Shown here: positions 28,444 through 37,566 of the stretch, in pieces
How the letters are laid out: every line of letters starts with the position of its first letter
How positions within the stretch are numbered: the first letter of the stretch is position 1
Virus record (IMG/VR): IMGVR_UViG_3300044453_000128
Coordinates: 1 to 46,457 of that record
DNA length: 46,457 nt
Reading direction: 5' to 3' (one strand)
Source of the DNA: a virus
Lineage: Duplodnaviria > Caudoviricetes
Program-made: the position numbers and the translations under genes
Notes under the pieces: generated by a model
Told to the model about the DNA's origin: nothing
Database searches by the model: none
What the model saw: only the letters and a program-made list of their open reading frames with translations

Positions 28444-30185
28444 GCGCGTGTCGGCCTTCCGTCCGTATAAACCAGGTCGTTGTTGACATCGAGTTGATAG
28501 CGAACCCCATTGGTGCCCATGATCACGTTTGCCGCGCCTTGCATGTACGTGGCTTTAAGATCGTCCTCCGTCACGCCCTCGGGCAGGCCGCCTGGATGGT
28601 AATTGGCAGATACGACACCGTTTAGAAATCGATCCTGAGCCAATCGGTTGCCAAGGTGAAGCACTCCCGAAAAAACCTCGTTCGTTGGCACGGTGAATGT
28701 GCTGCCGTCCGGTGCGGTGAAGATTGCATTGGTTCCATCCAGTTCAGCCAAGCAGACAATTGGCCTTATTTTGTCCCATCCGCTTGCTGTCTGTTCTGCC
28801 CTAGCGCCGCCGCCCGTGATGAAGCCAACGTTACCATTAGTCGCCAAATACTCCAAACGCTTGCCTGTGCTCGTTGGCGAGGTTTCGAGGAAACGTGGCG
28901 CGGTGGATGGTCCAGCAAAGGAGGGATGCCACCCAAGGAAAACACAGCAACTAATTAAGCCCTTGCCATCGCCCCATGGCACGTTTTGAAACTGCACGTT
29001 GTCAGAACCGTAAGAAGCACCGGCCGGTGATCCGGATACAAGGCCATATTTGATTGAGGGGTTTCTAACTAAAATAGCTGATTCGCCGTCACCCTCATAA
29101 ACATAGTTGCCGCTTTTGACAAAAAGCACCTTACAGTTGTTCGTGTATGCCCCAATACCTGAATAGGTGATAACCGTAAATCGCCACCAACCATCACCTA
29201 AATCTTCAGCAGTGGTTTCATCAAAGCTAGTGTGTCCCGTGATTTTCGATCCATCGGACAAACTAAAGTTTGCTGTAGCGAATTGAACATCGGCAGGCAT
29301 TTGCAGGCCAATCGCTTCGACTCCATCGGATTTTACTTCAACAGAAAAGGTACATGGCAATCCATCGGCAATGCCTCGCCTAAAGTCAACAAGCTTCTGA
29401 TTTGTGCTGCCTACTTTTTCTACTGCTCTGATCGTGCCTTGACCTGCATTGTAGTCATCAATCGCCTGATAATCCCATTCTGGGTTGTCGGCCTCTTCCT
29501 TAAATCCAGCCAAGGTCGAAGGGGTGGCAAGGGTTGGGTAGCCGGTGTCAGTAACCCGCATGTTGTGTTCAATTTCGATGGTCGCGTCAGATAAACCCGA
29601 GGATCTGAACATGATCCGATCAGTGACATCGGATGAGCCCACAAAAGCGTCAATCGTTGTCCATTCATTCAGAACAAGGCTGTCTAATGAGAACAGGGTG
29701 CCCGTCGTGTTTGAACCGTTCCGGAAACCAAAATAGCTTGAAGCTGTTTGGAAGCTGCCAGAAACGAGTCTGACCCGACATCGAGCCCACCGGCTGCCGG
29801 TGCGCGGATCGAGAGCAAACTGCCACACAACTGCGTCACCCGTAAATCTTAGTCGCGTGATCCCATTGCCTAAATCGGTCTTTGCAACATCGCCACCACC
29901 ATTTTCGGCCCAACCTGTTATGGTATCGGTTGGCACCAAGTTCGTCTCGCCCTGATAAACGCTCACAAAATCCAAAAAACCAGACTTGCGAGCATCTGCC
30001 GTATCGTCCGGAACATCAGGCATGCTAGCAAAAGCAGAAGCACGGCCGCCAGTTCGGCTGACCGTCAGCATGGCTGGATTGGTGAGACTGATCGCGCCTG
30101 CGAGGGGGTTGCCCTCCCTTTGAACGAAAGGTCCCCGTAAAACCGGCTTCAGGAGCGAATTAACCAAAGGCCCTCTTAAAACCAC
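28440..30185 (-). CDS. Virion spike/fibre-like protein with beta-sandwich (carbohydrate-binding-like) domains
   Basis: G/S/T/W-rich; ETNLV...W and EDLGDGWWRFTV motifs recur in phage spike proteins. Confidence 0.55.
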   Translation of the reverse strand: MVLRGPLVNSLLKPVLRGPFVQREGNPLAGAISLTNPAMLTVSRTGGRASAFASMPDVPDDTADARKSGFLDFVSVYQGETNLVPTDTITGWAENGGGDVAKTDLGNGITRLRFTGDAVVWQFALDPRTGSRWARCRVRLVSGSFQTASSYFGFRNGSNTTGTLFSLDSLVLNEWTTIDAFVGSSDVTDRIMFRSSGLSDATIEIEHNMRVTDTGYPTLATPSTLAGFKEEADNPEWDYQAIDDYNAGQGTIRAVEKVGSTNQKLVDFRRGIADGLPCTFSVEVKSDGVEAIGLQMPADVQFATANFSLSDGSKITGHTSFDETTAEDLGDGWWRFTVITYSGIGAYTNNCKVLFVKSGNYVYEGDGESAILVRNPSIKYGLVSGSPAGASYGSDNVQFQNVPWGDGKGLISCCVFLGWHPSFAGPSTAPRFLETSPTSTGKRLEYLATNGNVGFITGGGARAEQTASGWDKIRPIVCLAELDGTNAIFTAPDGSTFTVPTNEVFSGVLHLGNRLAQDRFLNGVVSANYHPGGLPEGVTEDDLKATYMQGAANVIMGTNGVRYQLDVNNDLVYTDGRPTRA

Positions 30186-30430
30186 AGTGTTACCCCAGAA
30201 TTATTTACACCGGTCACAAAGCGAACGGTGTCCATTGATCCCTCAATGATGTTTTCCCCGGCTGCAAGAACGACTCCCGCGTCTTTCCATAAACCGCTGG
30301 CCGTTTTCCGCTCAACGCGAATGGCGGCGGTGTCCACATCGCCTTCAGCATTCACCGCTAGGCCGCTGTGATGCGCTGCTACGACAGGTGATACCTCGCC
30401 GGCTACGCTGGTTGTCCAATGGGTCTTCAT
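30176..30430 (-). CDS. Small hypothetical beta-rich protein
   Basis: Overlaps both neighbouring genes in the operon. Confidence 0.55.
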   Translation of the reverse strand: MKTHWTTSVAGEVSPVVAAHHSGLAVNAEGDVDTAAIRVERKTASGLWKDAGVVLAAGENIIEGSMDTVRFVTGVNNSGVTLWF

Positions 30431-30879
30431 GATTTCCCCTTTTCGTTTTTAAGGATTTCTTTGAGCAGGTCGTGTTGCGCCTGCATGGTGTTTTCCATCG
30501 ACTGCAATAGCTGCGTGACTTCAGCCTTATGGATCAGCAATTCGTGCGTGTCTTTTTGAATTTTCTCAGTTAGGCCCTTGCATTCCTTCTGCACCGTTGC
30601 GATCTGCCCAAGCACCTCGGTGCGCGCCGCCTCAAGTCGCAGCATCGTGTAGGCGTCCTGTTGCTTCAGGTCTTCATCAGCCTTCTGCAATGCCTCGATG
30701 TCCTTATCTTGCTCGGTTTCCCGTGCCACCATCTGCGCACCGATAACCAATACGCTGATAATCACGCCAATAACCGTACAGGCACCAACAATACTTGCGC
30801 CAACCCACATAAGCGGCACAGACGTCCTCTGATCAACCGACTGCATGCCCGTCGTGCTATTTCCCTGCAAATCTGTCAT
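30427..30879 (-). CDS. Single-TM coiled-coil protein (possible lysis component)
   Basis: Hydrophobic helix at about aa 22-47 followed by a coiled coil. Confidence 0.55.
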   Translation of the reverse strand: MTDLQGNSTTGMQSVDQRTSVPLMWVGASIVGACTVIGVIISVLVIGAQMVARETEQDKDIEALQKADEDLKQQDAYTMLRLEAARTEVLGQIATVQKECKGLTEKIQKDTHELLIHKAEVTQLLQSMENTMQAQHDLLKEILKNEKGKS

Positions 30880-33665
30880 GATAACGACGCTCCATATCTG
30901 CGCGCAATAACCTTGGTGCCGGCAGGTGGGTTAAATCCTGGCGTAGCAAGGTTGATCGTGGTGAAGTCTGTTTGCCCGCCGGTTTCACGCGCTGCATGAA
31001 TGTTGCGCGCATAGGGGATTCCCGGCGAATCCTGCGAAAACGATTCAACGTGATTGACTTGGTATCCTGCCGCTATGCGCAAGTGAGCCCTGGCAAAGGA
31101 TACCAACTCATTCCCAAGGCGGAAACTTCCACCAAACGACTGCGACTCTCCGGCCTCGACAAATCCATTGGCTGATCCGTAGCGCGCTGACGAATAATTG
31201 GCTGCGCTGGTATCGCCATCAAAAAAGATCTGCAATTCCCCTGTCGTCCCGCTCGGCGGCGCTTCAAACACCAGCTGCAATTCCTCAACAGGCTGGGCCA
31301 GCGTGATTGAACCAGAATTAACCGTCCCGTCGAATTCAAATTCCCCAAGGTCGAGTTGATTCAGGGGGGCTGATCCTGTCGTGAAAACGGACCCGCCAGG
31401 GATGAACCACGCATGCGATGCGCTGGCAAACGTAGCGGTAACGGTTCCATTAATGCCTGTGTAACGCAATTCAAAAGTCTGTGGTCCGGTTGTGGCATCT
31501 ACCAGACAGGTGGCATGGCTGGAGAGGCCTTGAGAATATGAGGCCGTATTAGCCAGGAGCGCCGCGCTAGCTCCGACAAATTCGCCCCTGGTTACATTAT
31601 ACCATCGCACATACGCTTCATCATTCGAGCCAGTAAAGTCCACCCTAGGAGACCCTGACAACACGCCCTTGCTGCCCGCTTGAATAGTTATTTGATTGTT
31701 TTCTAGCGAAATACCTTGACTGTCATCGTCGAGCACGTTAAACGGTACGGCACCGCCAACCGTTGCGTCTGTGAGGTCGGTCGGGCTTACCAGTACCAGC
31801 CCCATAGCCGCGTCCATCGGCAGCGCCACCTTGCCGCCTTCTTGAGTCAGTTCCGCCCAAGTCCATTCTGGCTGCCATCTCAGGTTGAAGTTTTCAGCAG
31901 CGAAGCACCAAATCTCTACGTAATCCCCTGGCTCAAGGTCCAAGAGCGGGCTGGTTCCGCTGACTATGGCAAAGGAGTAGTTTACAACATCAGCCGCACC
32001 AATGTCATAAACCGCTTTTCGCGTTCCCGTGCTGTCGTAGACATCCACAAAAATGGACAGATCAGATACGTCATCGGTGCCAGTCGAAATCACGGCAGTG
32101 AGCCTGCCTGTGAATTTCCGGGTTGCCACCCATCTATTTAGAGCTGGGTCGAATGTAGCTGGGAATCCATCAGTCTGTTTTCCGATCAAACCGAGCGGTA
32201 TTTTTTCAATCGTCCACGCGGTGCCAATCGAGACCTCTGAAACAGAGTCAAGATGGACGCGGCTTCGCGGTGGTTCGGCCTCGGGAATAACCACATCCCC
32301 GCCAACAACCGATAACTCTGCCCAGCTATGACCAGGAAGAGGGTTCCATGTTCCCGTATCTGTTGTGAAAGCTGATATGAATACATAGTCACCGGTATTG
32401 CATTGGAAAACTGGTGATATTCCTGGGGTTGATCCGTATGCCTGATTGGCTTCTTGAACACTTAAAACGTAGCCTTCGTTTGTCTGGGTCGCTGCCTGAA
32501 ACCGCGTCCCAAACGTTTCGAACCTGCCGACAGAATCAGCAGCGATTCTTACAGCCACACGCAGGCGTACCGAACATGGCTTAGTAATGTCCCAGCGGTT
32601 TTCTGCCGAGTTCCAGTGGAAGGGCGCTGAGTCCGTTTCGTCGATAATATTATCGAATGCGATGGGTTCGATGATTCCATTTGCCAAGGGGAGATTGACG
32701 CCTTGTTGATCGACTAAACTGCGGCTCGCATTCGTCACAACTCGCCCGACGTCCGGCGTCGTCAATATCGTCCGATCATTCGCAGCATCATCGACCGGCT
32801 TGACGATCCCGGTGGCCTGCAATTTCGACCGCTGCGGCAAATCTTTGCCGTCCTCGTCCTGGATCGTGTGGCCAACATTCCCACCACCCGACTGCGGAAA
32901 CGCCACATACAAATAATCGCCATTGGCCAGGTTGGTAATATCCTTCCAGCCCTTGCTTGGATTCCCGCAGCGAATCTCGGCCCATGTCCCATTGTCAAAA
33001 ACATCAGTGACGGTGTATGTCACGTTTATATTGCGATCGCTGTCCGTATAGAATTGAACTAAATCGCCAACGGCCAAAGCGGTTATTGCGTTGCTCGACG
33101 CATCCGTGCCGCCAAGCGAGGGGGTTTTACTGATAAAAAACTGACTTTCTTCAAAAGACGCAAAGGGGCTTGCAACATTCCCGCTGCCAGGATCAGCAAT
33201 CACTGCATCGAGCACAACCTGCCACGCATCATCACCAGCCGGCACCACGCTGTTACCTGTCTGCCCGCCGTTGCCTGCCCCAATGTTGCCTTGCAGGTAA
33301 TCTTGCAGCATCGCATGCAGCTGATCGGCCGACACTTCAACGCCGGCCTCTGTGCGCAATTCAGTATCTCGGTTACGACTGTGCGAAACGTCCTGTAATG
33401 CCAAAATATCGGCCTCTAACTGCGATAAATCGACCTCGGCGCCCTGCCCTGCCTCTAACGCATCAAGCCTCGCGTTGATTGCCTCAAAACGATCCTCAAG
33501 CGAATTGATCATCGCCTGGTCGTCTGGATCAATGCCAGTCGCTAGTTCAACCGCGGCTTGCAGGTCCGCAATGAGCCTACGCAGGTCCGCATGGGCGCCC
33601 TTGTCCTGCTCATGCTGCCGTAGTGCTTCTGCTTCCTGGCGTCCACGCATTGTGGACCCATACAC
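30876..33665 (-). CDS. Fibre/adhesin-like protein: coiled coil plus tandem C1q/TNF-like domains
   Basis: N-terminal heptads; repeated units IAFDNII...WNSAENRWDITKP, IPLG...FDPALNRWVATRK and VPFNV...LENNQITIQAG. Confidence 0.6.
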   Translation of the reverse strand: MYGSTMRGRQEAEALRQHEQDKGAHADLRRLIADLQAAVELATGIDPDDQAMINSLEDRFEAINARLDALEAGQGAEVDLSQLEADILALQDVSHSRNRDTELRTEAGVEVSADQLHAMLQDYLQGNIGAGNGGQTGNSVVPAGDDAWQVVLDAVIADPGSGNVASPFASFEESQFFISKTPSLGGTDASSNAITALAVGDLVQFYTDSDRNINVTYTVTDVFDNGTWAEIRCGNPSKGWKDITNLANGDYLYVAFPQSGGGNVGHTIQDEDGKDLPQRSKLQATGIVKPVDDAANDRTILTTPDVGRVVTNASRSLVDQQGVNLPLANGIIEPIAFDNIIDETDSAPFHWNSAENRWDITKPCSVRLRVAVRIAADSVGRFETFGTRFQAATQTNEGYVLSVQEANQAYGSTPGISPVFQCNTGDYVFISAFTTDTGTWNPLPGHSWAELSVVGGDVVIPEAEPPRSRVHLDSVSEVSIGTAWTIEKIPLGLIGKQTDGFPATFDPALNRWVATRKFTGRLTAVISTGTDDVSDLSIFVDVYDSTGTRKAVYDIGAADVVNYSFAIVSGTSPLLDLEPGDYVEIWCFAAENFNLRWQPEWTWAELTQEGGKVALPMDAAMGLVLVSPTDLTDATVGGAVPFNVLDDDSQGISLENNQITIQAGSKGVLSGSPRVDFTGSNDEAYVRWYNVTRGEFVGASAALLANTASYSQGLSSHATCLVDATTGPQTFELRYTGINGTVTATFASASHAWFIPGGSVFTTGSAPLNQLDLGEFEFDGTVNSGSITLAQPVEELQLVFEAPPSGTTGELQIFFDGDTSAANYSSARYGSANGFVEAGESQSFGGSFRLGNELVSFARAHLRIAAGYQVNHVESFSQDSPGIPYARNIHAARETGGQTDFTTINLATPGFNPPAGTKVIARRYGASLS

Positions 33666-33688
33666 ATGTGCGCGTGAAAGTGCAAGTC

Positions 33689-35098
33689 CTACCTGCGCGC
33701 TCTGCCAAGTGCCTTGATCTTACGATCAAACGCGCTGCCCCGTTTCTTGAGTTCACGTTGTCGCAATTTGAAGTCAGGCACCGTTGAGGGGGCCCGTTCA
33801 ACTTGCTTGTGTGGCGTTCGCATCTTATCGACTTTCCGCGCCAAGATGCCGGCAGAGTCAACAATGTCGTCCCGGCCGTCGTCCTCGCCGTTGAATTGCC
33901 AAAACTCATCCCGCATTTCTGGCCACCACGGCACGTTTTCAGGCACGCAGAAGTTGCCAGCACCGACTAGACCAACCAGCGTTGTTGCCTTGGCTGCCTT
34001 ATCGCCACCGGCATGGCTGATAATTTCATACTGCACGCCTGGGCAGCGTTTCATCAACTCCTCGCGCAAAAACGGCTCTAAAGCCCTGCCTCCGGGCCCA
34101 CCCTCAAGCAACACGCACCGCACTTTGTGCTGAATCACCAATTCAACGATGCGATCAATCAACTCATTCGGCTCAAGGTGATCAGCCTCCATGTGCGTAC
34201 ACCACACGCGCTCTGTCTCATCCATACCGCCTATCGTAATCGCTGATCTATCTCGCCGCTCACGATCTTTCCCGGTGAACGCCGGGTCACATGCCAGGTA
34301 CTTCACGCCAATCGGTACCTGCGCCATCCGCAGAATCTTATCAGGGTCCAATATCCCGCCGCTGGCCGCAATATCCCATCGCCCATTTAGCCAGGCCTCG
34401 ACTAGCCACTCTGGCCCGGACGCACGAATCCGCCCGATGTACGTCGGATCATTCTCCATCAGGATTTTATTATCCGTCACTTTAGATGGAATATACACCA
34501 CATAGGGGGGCGCCTGACCCTCAACCGCAGCCTTTTTGTCGATCCACGGCACCAACGGTTCTTTGCCGTCGATATAACGCTCCCGCAGCCATTGATGGCC
34601 AGGGCCGCCGGGGTTTGCTGTGAGAATCAACCGCGTCGGCACGCCGCGCGTCGAGCGCATTGCCGCCCTCAGCAAATTAATGACGCCATCAGTCGCATAG
34701 GTGCCAGCCTCATCGACTGCCACCCATGACAGCGACCGGCCTTGATACTTCATCGCATCGCGAGGTTTATCCAGATACCGCATCCGCAGGCGCGCCCCGT
34801 TCGGGAACCGCCACGTCTTTGCTTGTTTCTCGTATTTAGCGCCCAATGGCTCGTAAATCTCATACGACCGATCGATCAATTCCTCCAGCTCGGTCATGTC
34901 CCGGCGGAAAATCAGACCATTCGCGCCCGCTCCATACCGCAGCGCATAAACTGCAAAATCTCCCAGAATCGCATCAGTCTTCCCGCCGCCGCGAGCGCCG
35001 CCAAACAGTATTTCGCTACATGGACACGCCAGCAGCCAGGTTTGTGGCCCGGCCTGCGCACTCCACACTACGTTGCCTTGTGGTGTGGTTGCAATCAT
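33689..35098 (-). CDS. terL: Terminase large subunit
   Basis: Walker A GGARGGGKT, Walker B VAVDEAG, TANPGGPGH motif, and nuclease residues DPA...DDIVDS. Confidence 0.95.
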   Translation of the reverse strand: MIATTPQGNVVWSAQAGPQTWLLACPCSEILFGGARGGGKTDAILGDFAVYALRYGAGANGLIFRRDMTELEELIDRSYEIYEPLGAKYEKQAKTWRFPNGARLRMRYLDKPRDAMKYQGRSLSWVAVDEAGTYATDGVINLLRAAMRSTRGVPTRLILTANPGGPGHQWLRERYIDGKEPLVPWIDKKAAVEGQAPPYVVYIPSKVTDNKILMENDPTYIGRIRASGPEWLVEAWLNGRWDIAASGGILDPDKILRMAQVPIGVKYLACDPAFTGKDRERRDRSAITIGGMDETERVWCTHMEADHLEPNELIDRIVELVIQHKVRCVLLEGGPGGRALEPFLREELMKRCPGVQYEIISHAGGDKAAKATTLVGLVGAGNFCVPENVPWWPEMRDEFWQFNGEDDGRDDIVDSAGILARKVDKMRTPHKQVERAPSTVPDFKLRQRELKKRGSAFDRKIKALGRARR

Positions 35099-35379
35099 AG
35101 GTCTTCAGCCTTTTTTACGGCAGCAAACCGCTTGTCGCTCTGAATCAACGCTGCAACCAATTCATCCGGGTTCTTCGCACGATCAATGATCTGCATATCC
35201 TGCGGGTGAAAGTTCCGCGCCCCGTTCTCGTCGATAAACACAATTGCGCCGCACTTATTCACGGTAGGCGACATGCTTGGTAGCAATTTATCGTGCTTTT
35301 CAGCGTCATAGATCGCACTGGCACACCCTTGGTAATGCCAGTTGATGATTCGCTGTTTTCGTTCTGGATTAAACGCCAT
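35095..35379 (-). CDS. Hypothetical protein
   Basis: AAGGAG RBS; overlaps terS and terL. Confidence 0.55.
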   Translation of the reverse strand: MAFNPERKQRIINWHYQGCASAIYDAEKHDKLLPSMSPTVNKCGAIVFIDENGARNFHPQDMQIIDRAKNPDELVAALIQSDKRFAAVKKAEDL

Positions 35380-36001
35380 TCGTCTCTCCTTGCGCAATTC
35401 TCACGGCATTCTGCCAGTCTAATGGATCGCCAACTCTTGCCGGTGCCTCGATAACTTTGGCGCTGTCCTGGCCCTTCTGCTTCGCGTCTCGCTCGGCCTC
35501 GGCCTCTTTGCGCAGCGTCACATGCAGGTCGGCCAGGTGCTTTGCCGCCTTGGTTCGTTCATTCAGGTTTGACGGCACCTCGATCGCCATGCCATCGCAG
35601 ACCGTGATGTCTTTCACTTGGCCGCGCATTACCTTGGTCAGGTAATCGCCAACCTCATTCAGGTCGGCCACCCTCCCGGCTGCTGCCTGGTTGACCTCAC
35701 GAATCTCGCTATTGATCTGGTTTTGCTCTTCACGTAGCGCCTGCCTTCGCGCTGTTTCGATCGCTGCTTCCACGTCGGCCGCCACCAGTTTCAGCACAGC
35801 GGCCATTCTCGGCTTATTGACCGCGTTCACCAATGCGGGACGTGTTACTCCCTGTTCTTCCGCGACCTCTTTCAGCGCATGTGCATTCGTCGGCCATCCC
35901 GCTCGGATCAACAGCGTGATGCGATGGCGCTGTCCCTGCGTCAGTTTTTGCATCTCCGCAATTGTAGGGGGTGTTAGCGGGCCATCGCTCATTTCCCCCA
36001 T
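35369..36001 (-). CDS. terS: Terminase small subunit
   Basis: VADLNEVGDYLTKVMRGQ...ERTKAAKHL pattern; lies upstream of terL; start 36001 or 35992. Confidence 0.75.
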   Translation of the reverse strand: MGEMSDGPLTPPTIAEMQKLTQGQRHRITLLIRAGWPTNAHALKEVAEEQGVTRPALVNAVNKPRMAAVLKLVAADVEAAIETARRQALREEQNQINSEIREVNQAAAGRVADLNEVGDYLTKVMRGQVKDITVCDGMAIEVPSNLNERTKAAKHLADLHVTLRKEAEAERDAKQKGQDSAKVIEAPARVGDPLDWQNAVRIAQGETNGV

Positions 36002-36066
36002 ATACACAAGGGTTCGTGAATTGGCAAGCCTCCTTGAAACCCCTGAAACCCCCACTCAAACCCCAC

Positions 36067-36093
36067 AAAAAACCCCGCCACATTGACGGGGTT
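36067..36093 (-). terminator. Intrinsic terminator closing the early operon / cassette array
   Basis: Minus strand reads AACCCCGTCAATGTGGCGGGGTTTTTT. Confidence 0.8.
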
Positions 36094-36106
36094 AGCGAGG
36101 CTGCAC

Positions 36107-36151
36107 CTACAACCTGGGTTAGCGAGGTGTCTCGCTAAACAAGTGTTGGGC
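36107..36151 (+). other. attC-like site 1 (short, 45 bp, atypical)
   Basis: CTACAAC-N5-TTAGCGAG-gtgt-CTCGCTAA-N6-GTTGGGC. Confidence 0.55.
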
Positions 36152-36450
36152 GTCAATATTTACTAAGAAGTTCGCCGGTTTATTCCGAATCAACTTGTAA
36201 TTGGTTTCCCGATATTCGACTCCCTACTTCATTGGGCTAAATCCTGGCTTCCCACCTTTAAATCTTGGCCATCAACTTGCTCATCAACCGCCCATTACCT
36301 GACCACTCATCAACATTTGGTGACTCGTACCCAGGGCTGACTGGCTAAAATTGATTGCAAACCGTAGGACGCAGCCGAAGGTAGACGGATACTTCGAAAT
36401 TGCGGATCATTGGCACATCCATCCGGTGGTTCCAAACGCATTCAAGCTAC

Positions 36451-36622
36451 GCCCAACACGGGTTTACAGAAAACGGGAGCCCCTAGCGATGCTTTGTAAC
36501 TTGGATACGCAATCTTCAAACCATCGGTATGTGGGTCGCCTTCGGCGCCATTATCCACATGCCTATCTTCCAATCAGCCTGACACAGACCGTGTCGGGGC
36601 CCCCTGAAACTGAACGTTGGGC
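36451..36622 (+). other. attC site 2 (172 bp)
   Basis: GCCCAAC...GTTGGGC core sites; L boxes GTTTACAG / CTGAAAC; colinear homologue of site 3. Confidence 0.8.
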
Positions 36623-36654
36623 AACCAAACTAAACCGATATAGAAAGATTCAAG

Positions 36655-37008
36655 ATGAAGAAAGCAATAAAATACTACTTGATAGGAACATCCATCTTCT
36701 TCCATGCGATCATATTAATATCCTTGTTCTGGATTATTCCATTCTTCAATAATGCCTCTACTGCTGGAAAATCATGGGCAGAATCCGCCATGAATCCCGA
36801 CAAAGGTATTATCGAAGACGTTTCAACCCTGGAACAAGATGGCCTAAAGTATCAAGGGTATAAAATAAACTATAACGACAGAACACTGTATACGATGGGA
36901 ACTGGAAATGATGAATTTGAAATTGGACAAACCGTGAATGTAATGGTAAATGCTCACCCCTACGGACCTTTAAAAACATTAATGGTAACAATTACTCCAG
37001 AACGGTAG
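36655..37008 (+). CDS. Cassette gene: membrane-anchored small OB-like protein
   Basis: AT-rich; N-terminal TM; starts 32 nt after GTTGGGC and its TAG overlaps the GCCCAAC of the next attC, which is classic cassette layout. Confidence 0.75.
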   Translation: MKKAIKYYLIGTSIFFHAIILISLFWIIPFFNNASTAGKSWAESAMNPDKGIIEDVSTLEQDGLKYQGYKINYNDRTLYTMGTGNDEFEIGQTVNVMVNAHPYGPLKTLMVTITPER

Positions 37009-37179
37009 CCCAACAAAGTGTTCAAGAAAACGGGAGCCACTAGCGATGTTTTCCAACTCAAGCCTTTTTAACTACAGTGCCCCGGTGGCCGTGCCGCCTA
37101 CGGCGCCATTATCCGTCCACCTGCTCGCGATCAAACTTGTAAAGTTTGCCTCGTGGCCCCCTTAACGTTGACGTTGGGT
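37008..37179 (+). other. attC site 3 (172 bp)
   Basis: GCCCAAC...GTTGGGT core sites; L boxes GTTCAAG / CTTAAC; compensatory stem change relative to site 2. Confidence 0.82.
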
Positions 37180-37182
37180 TCG

Positions 37183-37482
37183 TTATTCGGTTGATCCATC
37201 ACAGTCTATTGCATGAAGGATCGACCTAGCAAGCAATCGCGCAGCCCTGTGATCTAAGTTGACCAATGATACTGGCATGAATGAATCGACAACATTCTCG
37301 TTCCATTGTTCAAGTTGAATTTGAATGCAATTATTATCGGCATTAGTGACATTTAGATATGCCTCTCCGTAATCATCATCCGGTTCAATCCGATATTTTC
37401 GTAAACCTGCTGCTAATGGTTCTTTGGCCTGCATGTATATTGGGGACATGCAGGATATTCTGACTTGCATGTAGTGTTCCAT
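37183..37482 (-). CDS. Cassette gene, hypothetical 99 aa (inverted relative to attC)
   Basis: GGAAGGA RBS then ATG 37482; fills the space between attC3 and attC4. Confidence 0.65.
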   Translation of the reverse strand: MEHYMQVRISCMSPIYMQAKEPLAAGLRKYRIEPDDDYGEAYLNVTNADNNCIQIQLEQWNENVVDSFMPVSLVNLDHRAARLLARSILHAIDCDGSTE

Positions 37483-37506
37483 ATTTTCGTTCCTTCCGTT
37501 AATTCC

Positions 37507-37566
37507 ACCCAACAACCGGATCAAGTCAGGCGAGCGCAGAGCGCCGCCTAATCCGTTAGGTTGGGT
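37507..37566 (+). other. attC site 4 (60 bp)
   Basis: ACCCAAC...GGATCAAG...GGCGAGCGC-aga-GCGCCGCC-TAATCC...GTTGGGT. Confidence 0.82.

Noticed and set aside
8692-35143. Numerous plus-strand ORFs across the structural operon (e.g. 24989..25861, 26970..27641, 16183..16791)
   Set aside because: They are antisense shadows of well-supported minus-strand genes, with no motifs or RBS.
36351-36752. 133-aa plus-strand ORF
   Set aside because: It runs through attC2 and overlaps the cassette gene out of frame; TTG start without an RBS.
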